Assembly: GCA_040880825.1 (NCBI GenBank)
Contig: JBBEEK010000187.1
Coordinates: 1-52,967 of the forward strand
DNA from: Chthoniobacterales bacterium
GTDB taxonomy: Bacteria; Verrucomicrobiota; Verrucomicrobiia; Chthoniobacterales; JACTMZ01
Reading direction: 5' to 3'
Length of the DNA: 52,967 nucleotides
The translations under genes and the position numbers were made by a program. Positions 35,422-45,721 of this stretch are shown piece by piece. Position 1 is the stretch's first letter. Each line of letters begins with the position of its first letter. The notes beneath the pieces were generated by a model. The model saw nothing but the letters and a program-made list of their open reading frames with translations, was not told the DNA's origin and did not search any database.

Positions 35422-35567
35422 TGTACCTCGGGCTTTTTGTTGTGTTTGCACTCGCACGTCGGCGAGCACTTCTGCTGGCAGCCGCAATCTTTGCACTGGG
35501 CTTGGGCGGGGACGGCGGAGAGGACGAGGAGTGAGAGGAGGAGGATGAGAGATTTTATGGGCAACAT
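35418..35567 (-). CDS. 49-aa secreted cysteine-rich micropeptide precursor (not in the ORF track)
   Basis: Hand translation gives MLPIKSLILLLSLLVLSAVPAQA/QCKDCGCQQKCSPTCECKHNKKPEVQ. Canonical Sec signal peptide with an AQA cleavage motif. Six Cys in the 26-aa mature part. C-rich third codon positions. Stop overlaps the next ATG. Confidence 0.5.
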   Translation of the reverse strand: MLPIKSLILLLSLLVLSAVPAQAQCKDCGCQQKCSPTCECKHNKKPEVQ

Positions 35568-35627
35568 TTTAATCGCTGAGGGGTGCGGTGGCAAATGGAG
35601 AGAATGGGGCTGACAAAAGCAGACGGG

Positions 35628-36419
35628 TCAGAGCTTGAGGGGGTGGCCGGATTTGTGGCGGAGGACGAGGAGGATTTCGGCGAGGACGCTGACGGCGATT
35701 TCGGCAGGTGAGTCGGCGCCGATGTCGAGGCCGAGGGGGGCGTAGACGGTGGCGAGTTGATCGGCCGTGATCCCACTGGCTTTGAGTTGGTCGTAAACTT
35801 GAAGCACTTTGCGGCGGCTGCCGATCATGCCGGTGTAGCCCATGCCGCCTTTGTTGAGGGCTGCGGCGAGGGCTTCGCGGTCGATGTCATAGTGGCGGCT
35901 GACAATGACGATGGCGTCGCTTCCGGTCCAGTCGCGGGAGCTGATGACTGACGCGGCGGGTTCGGCGAGTCGCTGGTGGGCGGCGGTGCATTGGGAGAGG
36001 ATATCGTCACGGTCCTCGACCACGGTGACATGAAAGCCGCACTCGGCGGCGAGTTTGGCAATGGCTTGGGCGCAGTGTCCGCCGCCGACGATGAGCAGGG
36101 CGTGGGCGGGGGCCTGTGGTTCGAGGAGCACGGTGACTTCGCCGCCGCAGATGGCCCCGAAGGAATCGGGTTGGTCTTCGCGCAGGGGCCAGGTTTTGAG
36201 GAGGGGTTCGTGGCGGGCCAGACACGCGAGGGCCTCGGCCATGACGAGCGATTCGAATTTTCCGCCCCCGACGGTGCCGCTGATGGAACCGTCGGCGTAG
36301 ATGATCATTTTGGCTCCGGGATGGCGGGGGACGGAGCCGCTGGTCGCGGCCACGGTGGCGAGGACGCAGGGGCGTCCGGCGCGGCGGGAGGCGAGGAGTT
36401 CGTCGAGGATGTCGCTCAT
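35628..36419 (-). CDS. XdhC/CoxI-family molybdoenzyme maturation factor-like protein
   Basis: Start MSDILDEL at ATG 36419. N-domain VLATVAATSGSVPRHPGAKM...GTVGGG and Rossmann-like C-domain LLIVGGGHCAQAIAKLA. Confidence 0.75.
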   Translation of the reverse strand: MSDILDELLASRRAGRPCVLATVAATSGSVPRHPGAKMIIYADGSISGTVGGGKFESLVMAEALACLARHEPLLKTWPLREDQPDSFGAICGGEVTVLLEPQAPAHALLIVGGGHCAQAIAKLAAECGFHVTVVEDRDDILSQCTAAHQRLAEPAASVISSRDWTGSDAIVIVSRHYDIDREALAAALNKGGMGYTGMIGSRRKVLQVYDQLKASGITADQLATVYAPLGLDIGADSPAEIAVSVLAEILLVLRHKSGHPLKL

Positions 36420-36427
36420 GGCCTTAC

Positions 36428-36485
36428 GTGGCATCGGCTTCCAGCCGATGGTTTGCGGTTTTCGTCGGCAGGATGCCGATGCCAC
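36428..36485 (-). other. Long intercistronic stem-loop between the aminotransferase stop and the xdhC start
   Basis: GTGGCATCGGC (36428-36438) and GCCGATGCCAC (36475-36485) form a perfect 11-bp inverted repeat with further inner pairing. It begins at the nt after the TAA and ends 8 nt before the xdhC ATG. Confidence 0.45.
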
Positions 36486-37826
36486 TTACAATCGGCTGAA
36501 GCTTTCGTCGAGGACTTCGAGGAGGAAATCGGCGTCGGCTTCGTTGATGCACATGGGCGGGGCGAAGCGGATGACTTGTCCGCGCAGTCCGCCTTTGCCG
36601 AGGAGGAGTCCGAGGTCGCGGGCGGTTTCGAGGACTTGGGCGCACTCGGCGGTAGCGGGTTCTTTGGTTTTGCGGTCTTTGACCATTTCAATGCCGAGCA
36701 TGAGGCCTTTGCCGCGGACTTCGCCGATGATGGAATGCTTCTTTTGCAGCTTTTTCAGTCCTTCGAGGATGCGGTTGCCGATTTTGAGGGAGTTGGCTTG
36801 GAGGTTTTCTTTTTCGATGACTTCAAGGACGGCGTGGCCCATGGCACTGACCACGGGGTTGCCGCCGAAGGTGTTGAAGTGGACTTTGCCGACGAGGGAC
36901 TGGGCGATTTGCGGGGTGGTGACGACGGCGGCCAGCGGGCAGCCGTTGCCGATGCCTTTGGCCATGGTCACGATGTCGGGAATGACCCCCTGGGTGTCGA
37001 ACCCCCAGAAGTGGGTGCCGGTGCGGCCGAACCCGGTTTGCACTTCGTCGGCGATGCAGACGCCGCCGGCGGCGCGGACGTATTCGTAAGCCTGCTTGAG
37101 GTAGCCGGGGGGGAATTCAACGAAGCCGCCGACTCCCTGGATGGATTCGGCGATGAAGCCGGCGACTTTGCCGGAGGAGGCGTATTCGATGAGCTCCTGC
37201 ACGTCGCCGGCGTATTTGCGCCCGGCCTCGGGGTCGTCGTGGCCGTAGGGGCCGCGGTAAGGGTAGGGAGCCAGCGCGTGGTGGACGCCGAAGCTTTGCG
37301 GGATGTTGTATTTCCACGTGCTGTGGGCGGTGATGCCCATGGTGGCGTGGTTGCCGCCGTGGTAGGCGTTGCGCAGGGCGATGATGTCATAGTTGCCGGT
37401 GTAGGCGCGGGCCATGAGCATGGCGAGGTCGTTGGCCTCCGAGCCGGAATTGACGAAGTAGCACATCCTGAGGTCGCCGGGCATTTTCGAGACAAGCTTC
37501 TCGGCGTAGCGGGAGACGTTGGGATGGAGGTAGATTGTCGTGGAGTGCTGGTAGATCTCGCTCTGTTTGTTGCCGGCGGAGATGACGTGCGGGTGGCAGT
37601 GGCCGACGCTGACGGTGACGATGCCGCCGAGGCCGTCGAGGTAGCGTTTCCCTTTTTCGTCCCACACGTATTGCATGCGGCCTTCCACAACCATAAGGGG
37701 CTTTTTGTAATAGAGGAAGATGCCGGGGTTCATGAACTGCTTGCGCAGGGCGAGAACCTCTTCGGCGGACGGACCGGTGTAGGGTTGCGGTTGATGCTCG
37801 GTCGGGGGGATGGCGGGTGTTTTCAT
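36486..37826 (-). CDS. Class III (omega) aminotransferase, AGXT2 / beta-alanine-pyruvate-like
   Basis: 446 aa. [23 protein letters not shown] and TMAKGIGNG (PLP-binding Lys). Confidence 0.85.
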   Translation of the reverse strand: MKTPAIPPTEHQPQPYTGPSAEEVLALRKQFMNPGIFLYYKKPLMVVEGRMQYVWDEKGKRYLDGLGGIVTVSVGHCHPHVISAGNKQSEIYQHSTTIYLHPNVSRYAEKLVSKMPGDLRMCYFVNSGSEANDLAMLMARAYTGNYDIIALRNAYHGGNHATMGITAHSTWKYNIPQSFGVHHALAPYPYRGPYGHDDPEAGRKYAGDVQELIEYASSGKVAGFIAESIQGVGGFVEFPPGYLKQAYEYVRAAGGVCIADEVQTGFGRTGTHFWGFDTQGVIPDIVTMAKGIGNGCPLAAVVTTPQIAQSLVGKVHFNTFGGNPVVSAMGHAVLEVIEKENLQANSLKIGNRILEGLKKLQKKHSIIGEVRGKGLMLGIEMVKDRKTKEPATAECAQVLETARDLGLLLGKGGLRGQVIRFAPPMCINEADADFLLEVLDESFSRL

Positions 37827-39280
37827 CGGTTTGGGAACAAGGGACGTAAAAGACTATACAACAAAAAAGCCAATGCGAAGCCTACAAACCACGCGTAGTG
37901 ATAACTCGCGACCAACCACGAGGGGAAATTTTCCGCCGCGGCCAAGCGGACTTCGACGAGAAAGCCGGGGAGGTTCGGCAGAATGGCGAGGAAGAGGGCG
38001 GTGAAGCCGACGATACTGAACCCGCCGGTGTAGCGGTAGGCGCCGTGGGAGCGGTAGAGGTCTTCGACATTGAGGTGGCGGCGACGGTAAACAAAGTAGT
38101 CGGCGATCATGATGCCGGCGATGGGTCCAAGCAGCGCACTGTAGCCGATGAGCCAGGTGAAAATGTAACCACTCGGATCTTCGTAAAGTTTCCACGGGAA
38201 CATGAAGATGCCGAGGAAGGCGGTGATGAGTCCGCCGGTGCGGAAGCTGATGCGGCGGGGGTTGAGGTTGGAGAAGTCGTTGGCCGGGGAGACGACATTG
38301 GCCGCGATGTTGGTCGAGAGGGTGGCGATGGCGAGGACGACGAGAGCGATGGCCGAGACGAAGGGGTTGCCCAGGCGGGCGATCAATTTGACCGGATCCC
38401 AGAGGGCTTCGCCAAAAATAACGATCGTCGCACTGGTCACGATGATGCCGACGAAAGAATAAAGTGTCATGGTCGCCGGCAGCCCGATGGATTGTCCGAC
38501 AATCTGCGACCGCTGGTTGCGGGCGTAGCGGGAGAAGTCGGGGATATTGAGCGACAAGGTGGCCCAATAGCCGACCATGGCGGTCAGTCCCGCGCCGAAG
38601 ATCGGCCAGAACGCTTCGTCGGTGCCGAGGCGGCTGGGTTGGGCGAAGATGGGACCGAAGCCATCGGCTGCGCCCCAAGCCCACCAGACAAGAAGCAAGC
38701 CGACGAGGAGGAGGAAGGGCGCGCTGAAGACTTCGAGCCACTTGATCGAGTCCATGCCCCGGAAGATGAAGTAGACGTTGACCGCCCAGAAAAGCATGAA
38801 GCAGGTGAACTCGCCGGCGGAGATACCGAGGATGGGCAGCGGGATGCGCTCGGAAGCGTCGAAGCCGAGCATGACGGACGCGGTGGCATAAATGGCGGCG
38901 CCGCCGACCCAGGTTTGGATGCCGAACCAGCCACAGGCCACGATGCCGCGCATGAGGGCGGGGATGTTCGAGCCCCAAGGGCCGAAGGACGCGCGGAGCA
39001 GCACGGGGAAAGGAATGCCGTATTTGGTGCCCGGGTGCGCATTGAGCGTCATCGGCACGAGCACGATGAGGTTGCCGAGAAAAATAACAAAAAGCGCCTG
39101 GCTCCAATTCATGCCCTGTTGGATGAGTCCGGCGGCCAGCATGTAGGTCGGAATGCACACGGCCATGCCGACCCAGAGCGCGGCGACGTTCCAGGTGGTC
39201 CAGGTGCGGCGGTCCTGGGGAACCGGAGCGAGGTCTTCGTTCCACAGGTTCGGGTTGTGGTTTTCCGGGGCGGGCGGCAT
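37823..39280 (-). CDS. NCS1-family nucleobase/hydantoin/allantoin-type cation symporter
   Basis: Start [27 protein letters not shown] at ATG 39280, an N-terminus typical of NCS1. About 12 TM segments. The stop overlaps the aminotransferase ATG as ATGA. Confidence 0.8.
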   Translation of the reverse strand: MPPAPENHNPNLWNEDLAPVPQDRRTWTTWNVAALWVGMAVCIPTYMLAAGLIQQGMNWSQALFVIFLGNLIVLVPMTLNAHPGTKYGIPFPVLLRASFGPWGSNIPALMRGIVACGWFGIQTWVGGAAIYATASVMLGFDASERIPLPILGISAGEFTCFMLFWAVNVYFIFRGMDSIKWLEVFSAPFLLLVGLLLVWWAWGAADGFGPIFAQPSRLGTDEAFWPIFGAGLTAMVGYWATLSLNIPDFSRYARNQRSQIVGQSIGLPATMTLYSFVGIIVTSATIVIFGEALWDPVKLIARLGNPFVSAIALVVLAIATLSTNIAANVVSPANDFSNLNPRRISFRTGGLITAFLGIFMFPWKLYEDPSGYIFTWLIGYSALLGPIAGIMIADYFVYRRRHLNVEDLYRSHGAYRYTGGFSIVGFTALFLAILPNLPGFLVEVRLAAAENFPSWLVASYHYAWFVGFALAFLLYSLLRPLFPNR

Positions 39281-39354
39281 GTGGGCCGTCCGGATTAGAG
39301 GCCCATGGATCTGATGGCAAGGGGCTTTTTGGTCGGAGCGGAACCGGTGGTGCC

Positions 39355-39382
39355 TTGCCAGACTTGCGGCGTCATTTAATCT
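39355..39382 (+). promoter_or_regulatory. Candidate sigma70-type promoter abutting the dnaE start
   Basis: TTGCCA-N16-TAATCT. The -10 hexamer ends 6 nt before the dnaE ATG at 39389. Confidence 0.3.
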
Positions 39383-39388
39383 TCGCCC

Positions 39389-42300
39389 ATGGCCGTCCCC
39401 GAGTTCGCGCACCTGCACGTGCATACCGAGTATTCCATGCTCGACGGAGCGGTGCGCTCGGCCGACCTGATGCGCAAGGTTTCCGAGTCGGGCATGAAAG
39501 CGGTCGGCATGACCGACCATGGGGTGCTCTACGGGGCGGTGGAGTTCTACAAAGAGGCGCAGAAAGCGGGGGTGAAGCCGATCCTCGGGTGCGAGCTGTA
39601 TATCGCGCCGGGGTCGATGCACGAAAAGAAGGCGTCATCGGGCAAAGATGCGGCGTTTCACCTTACGGTGCTGGCCGAGACCAACGAGGGATGGGCGAAT
39701 TTGATCAAGCTGGTCAGCGCGGCGCACCTCGAGGGGTTTTATTACAAGCCACGGGTGGACAAGGATTTCTTGGCCCAGCACGCGAAGGGACTGATCGGGT
39801 TGAGCGGTTGCCTGAAAGGCGAGATCAGCAGCGCCATCCTCGGCGGTGACCCGAAGCGCGGGCGGGAGTTGACGGCGCAATACCGGGATATCTTCGGGGC
39901 GGAGAATTTTTTCGTCGAGATGCACGACCACGGGATGGATGCGCAGCGCGAGGTCAATCCGCATCTCGCGCGCTGGGCTGGCGATCTGGGCCTCGGGCTG
40001 GTGGCGGCCAACGATGTGCACTTTCTCGAGCGCTCCCACCATGAGGCGCATGACGTGATGGTGTGCATCGGCACGGGGGCGAACGTGACCGACGAGCGGC
40101 GGTTGCGCTATTTGCCGGAGCTTTATTTGAAGTCGCCGGCGGAGATGGCGGAGATTTTCCGGGATCATCCGGAAGCTCTGTCGAACACGGCGCGCATCGC
40201 GGAGCGGTGCCATGTGACCATGGATTTCGGCAAGTCGCGGTTTCCGGTTTTTCATCCGCCCGCGGGCAAGACGCGCGAGGGGTATTTGCGGGAGCTGTGC
40301 GAGGCGGGATTCCGGAGCCGCTACGGCGAGGGGACGCCGGAGTTGCACGAGCGGCTGGACTACGAATTGGGGGTCCTCGAGAAACTCGGCTTCACCAGCT
40401 ACTTTCTTATTGTCTGGGATTTTATTCACTACGCCAAACAGCGTGGCATTCCCGTCGGGCCGGGGCGCGGTTCGGCGGCCGGGAGCATGGTGGCCTACGT
40501 GCTCGGCATCACGGATCTCGATCCGGTGCGCTACGGGCTGATCTTCGAACGCTTTCTCAATCCGGAACGGGTCAGTCCTCCGGACATCGACGTGGACTTT
40601 TGCCAGGCGCGGCGCGGCGAGGTCATCGAATACGTGCGGCAGAAATACGGCGAGCGTTGCGTGTCGCAGATCGTGACCTTCAACCAGCTCGGGGCGAAGA
40701 GCGTGGTGCGCGATGTGGCGCGCGTGATGGGCATGAGCTACGGCGAGGGCGACCGCATCGCCAAGATGATTCCCAACGAGCTGAACATCACACTCGCCTT
40801 GGCTCGGGAGAAAAATCCCGAATTGAAACAGGCCATCGAGAGTGAGCCGGCGACGCAGCAGTTGTGGGGCTACTCCACCGTGCTCGAGGGACTCTCGCGC
40901 AACGCGGGGATTCACGCAGCGGGCGTGGTCATCGGCGATCGCGACTTGTCCGAGATCCTGCCGTTGGCGCGCGGCAAAGAGAATGAGGTGATCACGCAGT
41001 ATTCGATGGAGCCGTTGACCGACCTCGGGATGCTGAAGATGGATTTTCTCGGGTTGAAGACGTTGACGGTCATCCGCGACACCGAGGAATTAATCCGCCG
41101 CCATGTGCCGGATTTCGACATTGAGAAGGTGGAGGTCGACGACCAGGCGGCCTTCGACGTGCTCAACCGCGGCGAGACGGTGGGCATCTTCCAATTTGAA
41201 GGAGGCATGTCGCGGTATTGCCGGAACTTCGGTTTTGCCAGCCTCGACGACATGAACGCGCTCTGCGCGCTTTACCGTCCGGGCCCGATGGCGCTGATTC
41301 CGGACTACATCAAGCGCAAGAAGGGCCAGACCAAGATCAACTACGACCATCCGCTCCTCGAGAAGGTCGCGAAGGAAACCTACGGCATCCTCATTTACCA
41401 GGAGCAGGTCCAGCAGGCGGCCAATTTGCTGGCGGGTTACAGTCTCGGTCAGGCCGATCTCCTGCGCCGCGCCATGGGAAAAAAGGACAAAGAGAAGATG
41501 GCCAAGGAGCGCCAGACGTTCATCGCCGGGTGCCGGGAGCACAACGACATCCCGGAGAAAAAAGCCGAGGCGATTTTCGATTTGCTGGAGAAATTCGCGG
41601 ACTACGGTTTCAACAAAAGCCACAGCGCGGCTTATTCGTTGATCAGCTACCGCATGTGCTGGTTGAAGGCGCATCATCCGGTCGAGTTGATGTGCGCGGT
41701 GCTGAGCAACGAAGTCGATGATACCGACAAAATCTCGTTCTACGTCGACGAGGCCAAGCGCATGGGATTGACCATCCTGCCGCCCGACCTCAACAAGAGC
41801 ATGCGGAAATTCGCCCCCGAGGAGCACGAGGGAAAAATGGGCATCCGTTTCGGCCTGAGCGGCATCAAGAATGTCGGCGAGGCGGCCATGGGCGAAGCCA
41901 TCACGGAGCGCGAGGCGCGCGGGCCGTTCGCTTCGATGGAGGATTTTGCGGCGCGCATGGATCCGCGGGCGGTCAACCGCAAGTCGATGGAGTGCCTCGC
42001 CAAGTGCGGGGCCTTCGATTTCACCGGCGAAGAGCGGGCCCAGATGGTGGAGGATCTCGAACCGGTCTTGGCGGCCAGTGCCGCGGCGCACCGCGACCGG
42101 AGCGCGGGGCAGCAGAGTTTGTTCGGGGCCGAGACGTTGCCGAGCACGGCCCGGGCCGGCGGACGTCGGCGGGCCCAGGCTTTCACCGAGGCGGAGTTGC
42201 TGTCTTTCGAGAAGGAGTTGCTCGGCTTTTATGTCACAGCGCATCCGCTTGACCCGTATCGCGAAGCGCTGGAAAACGCGAAATTCACGACGGTCTCCGC

Positions 42301-42802
42301 CCTCGAGCAGATGGACGACCGTGCGACTGTGACGGTGGCGGGATTGCTCGATGCGGTGGAGAAAAAGTTCACCAAGGCGAGCGGCAAACCGTGCGCGTTT
42401 CTCACCTTGGAGGATTTCAGCGGCAAACTCGAAGTGCGGGTGTGGAGCGAATCATTCGAGAAATACCTGTCGCAACTGGTCCCCGGCAAGGTGGTGCAGA
42501 TCACCGGACGTCTCGACAAGCGCGACGACAAGCCGGCGGTCACAGCCTCGGAGATCAAGACGCTGGCCCCCGCTCCCGGCTCCGAGCGGCCGGTCGTGCT
42601 GCGTCTGCCCTGCGGGCGGGCCGGCCACCGGGAACTGGAGGATTTGCGGTCCGCCGTGCTCGATTTTCCCGGACGCCGTCCGCTCATCCTCGAGTTCGTG
42701 GCGCGCGACGGGCGGACGCGGCGGTTGCGGGCCTCGGACCAGTTCAAGGTCGGTCGCGAGGAGCAATTGCGGGAGGCGGTCAATAGTCTGTTGTTGAACT
42801 GA
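39389..42802 (+). CDS. dnaE: DNA polymerase III alpha subunit
   Basis: 1137 aa. PHP domain [13 protein letters not shown], polymerase core ([15 protein letters not shown]), HhH region and OB fold. Confidence 0.95.
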   Translation: MAVPEFAHLHVHTEYSMLDGAVRSADLMRKVSESGMKAVGMTDHGVLYGAVEFYKEAQKAGVKPILGCELYIAPGSMHEKKASSGKDAAFHLTVLAETNEGWANLIKLVSAAHLEGFYYKPRVDKDFLAQHAKGLIGLSGCLKGEISSAILGGDPKRGRELTAQYRDIFGAENFFVEMHDHGMDAQREVNPHLARWAGDLGLGLVAANDVHFLERSHHEAHDVMVCIGTGANVTDERRLRYLPELYLKSPAEMAEIFRDHPEALSNTARIAERCHVTMDFGKSRFPVFHPPAGKTREGYLRELCEAGFRSRYGEGTPELHERLDYELGVLEKLGFTSYFLIVWDFIHYAKQRGIPVGPGRGSAAGSMVAYVLGITDLDPVRYGLIFERFLNPERVSPPDIDVDFCQARRGEVIEYVRQKYGERCVSQIVTFNQLGAKSVVRDVARVMGMSYGEGDRIAKMIPNELNITLALAREKNPELKQAIESEPATQQLWGYSTVLEGLSRNAGIHAAGVVIGDRDLSEILPLARGKENEVITQYSMEPLTDLGMLKMDFLGLKTLTVIRDTEELIRRHVPDFDIEKVEVDDQAAFDVLNRGETVGIFQFEGGMSRYCRNFGFASLDDMNALCALYRPGPMALIPDYIKRKKGQTKINYDHPLLEKVAKETYGILIYQEQVQQAANLLAGYSLGQADLLRRAMGKKDKEKMAKERQTFIAGCREHNDIPEKKAEAIFDLLEKFADYGFNKSHSAAYSLISYRMCWLKAHHPVELMCAVLSNEVDDTDKISFYVDEAKRMGLTILPPDLNKSMRKFAPEEHEGKMGIRFGLSGIKNVGEAAMGEAITEREARGPFASMEDFAARMDPRAVNRKSMECLAKCGAFDFTGEERAQMVEDLEPVLAASAAAHRDRSAGQQSLFGAETLPSTARAGGRRRAQAFTEAELLSFEKELLGFYVTAHPLDPYREALENAKFTTVSALEQMDDRATVTVAGLLDAVEKKFTKASGKPCAFLTLEDFSGKLEVRVWSESFEKYLSQLVPGKVVQITGRLDKRDDKPAVTASEIKTLAPAPGSERPVVLRLPCGRAGHRELEDLRSAVLDFPGRRPLILEFVARDGRTRRLRASDQFKVGREEQLREAVNSLLLN

Positions 42803-42806
42803 CCGA

Positions 42807-42822
42807 GGCGGCGCTTGCCGCC
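42807..42822 (+). terminator. Hairpin after dnaE (weak terminator candidate)
   Basis: GGCGGC-GCTT-GCCGCC 5 nt after the dnaE stop. T-rich stretches (GTGTTTGCTGTTTTGC) appear only ~15 nt later. Confidence 0.3.
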
Positions 42823-42859
42823 GGGGCGGGGAACGTGTTTGCTGTTTTGCTCATCCGGT

Positions 42860-45703
42860 ATGGCAGCAACTGTCGAACAAGCGGCCCAGACCGCAGACCT
42901 CGGACCAATGTTCACGCGGACAGACTGGCGGTCCGCGCTGGCCGCCGCGTTGGTCAGCGGGCTGGTCTATTTTTTCACGGCGCAACCGAATGTCGGTTTG
43001 CTGGACTCGGGCGAGTTCATTGTGGCGGCGCAGCACTTCGGCGTGCCGCATCCGACGGGTTATCCGTTGTGGACGATCCTGGCCTGGCTCTTCCAGTTGT
43101 TGCCGATCGGTAATCCGGCGTGGGAGGTGAATCTTTTCAGCGGTCTGTGCGGGGCCTTGGCCGTGGGGGCGACGGCCTTACTCATTTCGAGCATGCTGCG
43201 CTGGATGGCGCCTTGGTGGGGACGGCCGGGGGCGGGGCTGACGGATGGGATGGCGGGATTGACGGCCTTCAGTTTCGCGCTGCTCTTTGCTTTCAGTTTT
43301 TCGTTCTGGACGCAGGCGGTCATTGCCGAGGTTTACACCTTGCATGGGTTGCTCGTGGCGCTGTTCCTGCTTTCGCTTTACTGGTGGGTGCGCCGGCCGG
43401 AGCTTGACCGGCCGATTCTGGCGACGTTCTTCACGTTCTCGCTGTGCATGAGCAACCACCACCTGACGCTGGCGTTGGCACCGTTACCCTTGCTCGTGCC
43501 TTTGCTGATCCGGCGCAGTGTGTTTTGGGAAGTGTTGGTGGCGGGGCTGCTCAGTGCGGCGGTGGTGTATCTCGGTTTCGCCTGGCTCTCGAACGACCAG
43601 ACGACGTGGTCGACGGCGATGCGGTTTTTCTATTTCGCCATGCTCGGCTTCATCGTCCTGCTGGTCTTGAAGTGGCGGCGGACCGATTTGCGCATCGTGC
43701 TGCTGGTGCCCGCGGTGGTCGTGGCGGGGTTGCTGCCCTACGCCTACATGCCGGTGGCTTCGTCGACCAATCCGCCGATGAACTGGGGCTACACCAGCAC
43801 GCCGGAGGGATTCTTTTACTCGATCAACCGCACGCAATATGCGGGAAGCCTTTCCGATCTGATCGTGCGCACGCTGGGCAAGGGGATGGGAACCGCGCCG
43901 GAGAAGCCGCCCGAGCCGGAGGATCCCGAGCGGGCGTCGACGCTGGAGATGGGGCGGGAGTTCACCGCGTTCTACTGCCGTAAGCTGGTGGAAAACTTCA
44001 CCCCGTGGGCGGTCATTGCCGCGGCGGCGGCGTTGCTGGCCATCTTCCGGTTGCCGTTGGCGCAGCGCACGTTCCTTTACTTGCTCTTAGGCGGCTTCTT
44101 GCTGGCGGCTTTCTTGCAACCGATCATGGAACGCACCGAGACGACAATCGATTCGTGGTCTTTGCAATTTCCCTACCACGGCTACGCCTATCTGATCTTC
44201 GCCGTGCTTTGTGCCGTCGGCACGGGCTACGTGCTGGCACGGTTGGCCTCGGCGCGTCCGGGGTTGCGTTATGCGGCGTGGGCCTTGCCGTTGCTGCCGC
44301 TCTGGACGGGGGTGCAGAATGCGGAGGTCTGCAGCCAGCGCGGGCATTGGTTCGGGTGGCACTACGGCCACGACATGCTCAAAGACCTGCCGCGCGACGC
44401 CTTTGTTTTCGGCGGCACCGATCCGGGGCGCTTCGTGCCGACTTACATGATTCTCGGCGAGAGTTTCGCCAAACCGAAAGACAAGCGTGATCCGGAGTTC
44501 GACCGCCGCGACTTGGTGATTGTCACCCAGAACGCACTGGCCGACGCGTTTTACCAGAAATACATCCACGACCACTACGCCCCCGGACGCCCGAAGGCGG
44601 AGGGCTGGTTCGAGAAATGGCTGGGACGGGATGAACAATACCCGGTCGACAGCACGATCATGCCGAGCGAGCAGGAGCTGATGGAGATCGTGCGCAATGT
44701 CTCGATGAACCTGCCGCCGGGGGCCAACCCGCAGGATCCCAACGTGGGCATCCTTTACCACGCGGCCATCGCGCAGTGGATTTTCGAGAAGAACAAGGAC
44801 CAGCGGGAGTTTTTCATCGAGGAAAGTTTCCCCATGGAATGGACTTATCCCTACGCCGTGCCCAACGGCCTGAGCTACCGGCTGAACAAGGAACCACTCG
44901 AGACGCTGCCGCCCGAAGCGGTGGCCGAGGACTTCCGTTATTGGAACGAGTATGTCGATCGCCTGCTGGGTGACCCGAAGTTCCGCGTCGACTTCGACGC
45001 CAAGCGTTCGTTTTCCAAGCTGCGCAACTCCACGGGCAACCTCTACCGCGCGCGCCGCATGTGGGCCGAGGCCGAGCGGGCCTACCGTCAGGCCCTGCAG
45101 CTGCACCCCAACAACATGGAGTCGCTCGTCGCCCTGAGTGACATCCTGCGCACGCAAAAACGCTGGGACGAGATGGCCGGTATTTGGGATCGTGCCGTGG
45201 AGGGCGACCCGCGCAACCGCGCGGTGCGCAAAGCGCGCGAGCGGGTCACGCGGTTGCGTGAGGCGGATCGCGAGATCGCGGCGCTGCAGCGTGAACTGGC
45301 GGCCGAACCGCAGAGCCCCGAGTTGTTGTCCAATCTGCTCCGGCTCTACATGGAAAGCGGACAGCCTGACGCGGCGCGGCAACAGCTCGAGCAATCCGCG
45401 GTCGCTTTCGGCGAGAATCCGGACTTCCTCAAGTTTGCTGTAGATTTCTGCAACTCAAATGGTCTGTGGCAGGCAGGTTTGGGGCCGGCGCGCCAGTTGG
45501 TGCAGGTTGCGACGAATGACCCGGGCGCCTTGCTGGCCTTGGCGCGGTTCGAATTCGCTAACCGCGAGCTGAATGCGTTCCTCGAGACGGCGCGGCAAGC
45601 CGTCCGGCTTGGAGGGGTGCAGGCCAAGGCCGCACTGGCCAACGATCCGATGTATGCCATGGTGCGCGGCACGCCGGAGTTCCGGCAGTTGATCGAGCAG
45701 TAG
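42860..45703 (+). CDS. DUF2723/TMEM260-like polytopic glycosyltransferase-like protein with a C-terminal TPR domain
   Basis: N-terminal block YFFTAQPNVGLLDSGEFIVAAQHFGVPHPTGYPLWT. About 10 or more TM segments. TPR-like repeats in the last ~300 aa. Start at ATG 42860 or 42908. Confidence 0.6.
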   Translation: MAATVEQAAQTADLGPMFTRTDWRSALAAALVSGLVYFFTAQPNVGLLDSGEFIVAAQHFGVPHPTGYPLWTILAWLFQLLPIGNPAWEVNLFSGLCGALAVGATALLISSMLRWMAPWWGRPGAGLTDGMAGLTAFSFALLFAFSFSFWTQAVIAEVYTLHGLLVALFLLSLYWWVRRPELDRPILATFFTFSLCMSNHHLTLALAPLPLLVPLLIRRSVFWEVLVAGLLSAAVVYLGFAWLSNDQTTWSTAMRFFYFAMLGFIVLLVLKWRRTDLRIVLLVPAVVVAGLLPYAYMPVASSTNPPMNWGYTSTPEGFFYSINRTQYAGSLSDLIVRTLGKGMGTAPEKPPEPEDPERASTLEMGREFTAFYCRKLVENFTPWAVIAAAAALLAIFRLPLAQRTFLYLLLGGFLLAAFLQPIMERTETTIDSWSLQFPYHGYAYLIFAVLCAVGTGYVLARLASARPGLRYAAWALPLLPLWTGVQNAEVCSQRGHWFGWHYGHDMLKDLPRDAFVFGGTDPGRFVPTYMILGESFAKPKDKRDPEFDRRDLVIVTQNALADAFYQKYIHDHYAPGRPKAEGWFEKWLGRDEQYPVDSTIMPSEQELMEIVRNVSMNLPPGANPQDPNVGILYHAAIAQWIFEKNKDQREFFIEESFPMEWTYPYAVPNGLSYRLNKEPLETLPPEAVAEDFRYWNEYVDRLLGDPKFRVDFDAKRSFSKLRNSTGNLYRARRMWAEAERAYRQALQLHPNNMESLVALSDILRTQKRWDEMAGIWDRAVEGDPRNRAVRKARERVTRLREADREIAALQRELAAEPQSPELLSNLLRLYMESGQPDAARQQLEQSAVAFGENPDFLKFAVDFCNSNGLWQAGLGPARQLVQVATNDPGALLALARFEFANRELNAFLETARQAVRLGGVQAKAALANDPMYAMVRGTPEFRQLIEQ

Positions 45704-45721
45704 TGGCCGCGGCGGCCGGCC

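Noticed and set aside
39281-39622. N-terminal extension of the NCS1 permease ORF (track 37823..39622)
   Set aside because: The extension runs through the divergent promoter gap and into dnaE antisense. ATG 39280 gives the typical NCS1 N-terminus.
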